Shown here piece by piece: positions 62,796-64,000 of a stretch of DNA of 64,000 nucleotides (positions within the stretch are counted from its first letter, which is position 1; every line of letters begins with the position of its first letter). The position numbers and the translations under genes are program-made. A model generated the notes under the pieces. That model made no database searches. It was given only the letters and a program-made list of their open reading frames with translations, and had not been told where the DNA came from. Origin of the DNA: Candidatus Azobacteroides sp. (GTDB lineage Bacteria; Bacteroidota; Bacteroidia; Bacteroidales; WRGA01); NCBI GenBank assembly GCA_021201815.1, contig JAJQEC010000083.1, positions 5,177 through 69,176 of the forward strand, read 5' to 3'.

Positions 62796-62837
62796 GAGAA
62801 GACGTCTGAAACATTCTTTCAGATGTCTTCTCTTTTT
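62796..62837 (+). terminator. Intrinsic terminator
   Basis: gagaagacgtctgaaa / tttcagatgtcttctc stem (one G-U pair) followed by T5. Confidence 0.7.
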
Positions 62838-63071
62838 AATGCTGTCTCCGGAAAGTAAATTACTAATTAAGCCATGATCATTTTAAATACTATTTTTCCA
62901 AAAGAAGTTATCCTCTCACACAACTTTTCTTACTTAAAAGATCGGTTATTTTTTCTTCCTTCCTTTCTATGGATAATCATATGACAGGTAAATATTTATT
63001 TTCACGATTGATGTATAACCGGATATAAATTTTACCTATATCGTTTTACTTTTTACTTTTAACTTCTATAT

Positions 63072-63512
63072 TTATTCAACACGATTCCCCTCCATATCTA
63101 TATAGAAAGTTTCACCGTTTAGCTTTACTTTTGCTTTGCTGTCTTTAGTAAAATAGCGGGCGTCTTCATAGATAAGTGGGATAACAACTTTTCCTGTCTG
63201 GTCTATAAATCCATATTTACCTTCTACACATACGGCAGCCAATCCGGTTTTAGTAAATGAGTACGCAGGATTGTATATACAGGGAATGACTTCTTTCCCT
63301 GCTTTATCTACATACCCCCACCAGTCATTTAACCGAACTAATGCCAGCCCTACGGAAAAAATATGTGCATAGTCGTATTTAAACGGTACCACCTCTTCGC
63401 CTGTTCCTGCGTCAATAAATCCCCACTTGCCGTTATGTTCCGTCGGCACTAATTTTCGTGATTCGGAGGCTGAAATAGCAGGGGTTTTCTTTTTAGTTTG
63501 TTGTTTTGCCAT
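63072..63512 (-). CDS. WG-repeat (KWG) protein
   Basis: 146 aa. Three repeats: GKWGFIDAGTGEEVVPFKYD, WWGYVDKAGKEVIPCIY, GKYGFIDQTGKVVIPLIYE. Confidence 0.8.
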   Translation of the reverse strand: MAKQQTKKKTPAISASESRKLVPTEHNGKWGFIDAGTGEEVVPFKYDYAHIFSVGLALVRLNDWWGYVDKAGKEVIPCIYNPAYSFTKTGLAAVCVEGKYGFIDQTGKVVIPLIYEDARYFTKDSKAKVKLNGETFYIDMEGNRVE

Positions 63513-63518
63513 TTTTTA

Positions 63519-63962
63519 TTACTCGTATTTTTTACTTTCCTCTATTAGTTCATCACTGCATTGTTTTGGAGCCAATGGCGAAAAAAGCTCTATTAAATTG
63601 TTTTCTGGGTCACGCAGATGTACTGTACGCATTCCCCAATCAGCCATATTGGTAGGTTCATTTATAAACATCACACCTTTTGCCTTCAAGACAGCGTAAG
63701 TCTTGTCAACATCATCCACACTGAATGACACGAGTGATTTCTCCCGGAATCCCATCGGCAATTCTTTATCTGCATTGCCTACAACCGGAGCCATCCAGTC
63801 AGATACAAAAAGGGCAAACCCTTCTATACCGTCTGCTACTTTGAAACTGGCGTATCCACTATTCTCGTCTCCCCAGGCAGGTTCCAAACCGAGTTGTTCC
63901 GTATAAAACTTAAAACATTTGGTGAAATCTTTAACTAATAATCTTACATTACTGAATTTCAT
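63519..63962 (-). CDS. VOC-family (glyoxalase/bleomycin-resistance fold) protein
   Basis: 147 aa. N-terminal ...RLLVKDFTKCFKFYTEQLGL and C-terminal ...RTVHLRDPENNLIELF are typical of the VOC fold. Confidence 0.75.
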   Translation of the reverse strand: MKFSNVRLLVKDFTKCFKFYTEQLGLEPAWGDENSGYASFKVADGIEGFALFVSDWMAPVVGNADKELPMGFREKSLVSFSVDDVDKTYAVLKAKGVMFINEPTNMADWGMRTVHLRDPENNLIELFSPLAPKQCSDELIEESKKYE

Positions 63963-64000
63963 CCTTCTATAATTTATGATGGTTGTTCTTTTTATGTAAA

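Noticed and set aside
62410-62814. 134-aa ORF antisense to the DJ-1-like gene and its terminator.
   Set aside because: It overlaps a well-supported gene on the other strand and spans that gene's terminator hairpin. It has no motifs.

Overview
This looks like a chromosomal segment of a low-GC Bacteroidota (Bacteroidales-like) genome. The support is TAnnTTTG -7 promoter boxes ahead of many genes, several proteins ending in T9SS-type C-terminal sorting domains, and an atp operon ordered beta-epsilon-x-a-c-b. Housekeeping genes are atpD/C/B/E/F, a four-subunit 2-oxoacid:ferredoxin oxidoreductase, psd-pssA, gcvH-purE, pckA, cstA, hisS, gltX, waaA, a Ca-type P-type ATPase, an NhaP antiporter, a nicotinamidase-like protein, an Omp85-like OMP, a TolC-like OMP, a DJ-1-like protein, a WG-repeat protein and a VOC protein. 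The strongest candidate for an undescribed system is a repeated gene pairing. Three giant T9SS cargo proteins (1153, 1446 and 1143 aa) plus a 297-aa one sit in two regions (15.4-26.8 kb and 53.5-58.0 kb). Each is followed by one or two members of a small-protein family (110-151 aa) with a signal peptide, a charged linker, a W-[FV]-D-P-I-G-G-D-like motif and a PEP-CTERM-like tail (P-[DE]-P, TM helix, Lys/Arg cluster). A paralogous pair of about 320-aa HTH proteins is nearby. Other accessory content: a 3.2-kb Rhs-tip metallopeptidase toxin cassette bracketed by 73-77-bp inverted repeats between a DUF4834 gene and gcvH; a 48-nt repeat in four copies, one inverted pair; an exactly phased 7 x 22-bp array; a palindrome cluster; and a (TC)10 tract upstream of the 1446-aa gene. 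Gene decay is visible as a TonB-dependent receptor with one in-frame TAA and a 3' remnant of an RND pump fused in frame to the TolC-like gene. No rRNA, tRNA or CRISPR array was recognised. All calls come from reading the sequence and the ORF track, with no database searches.
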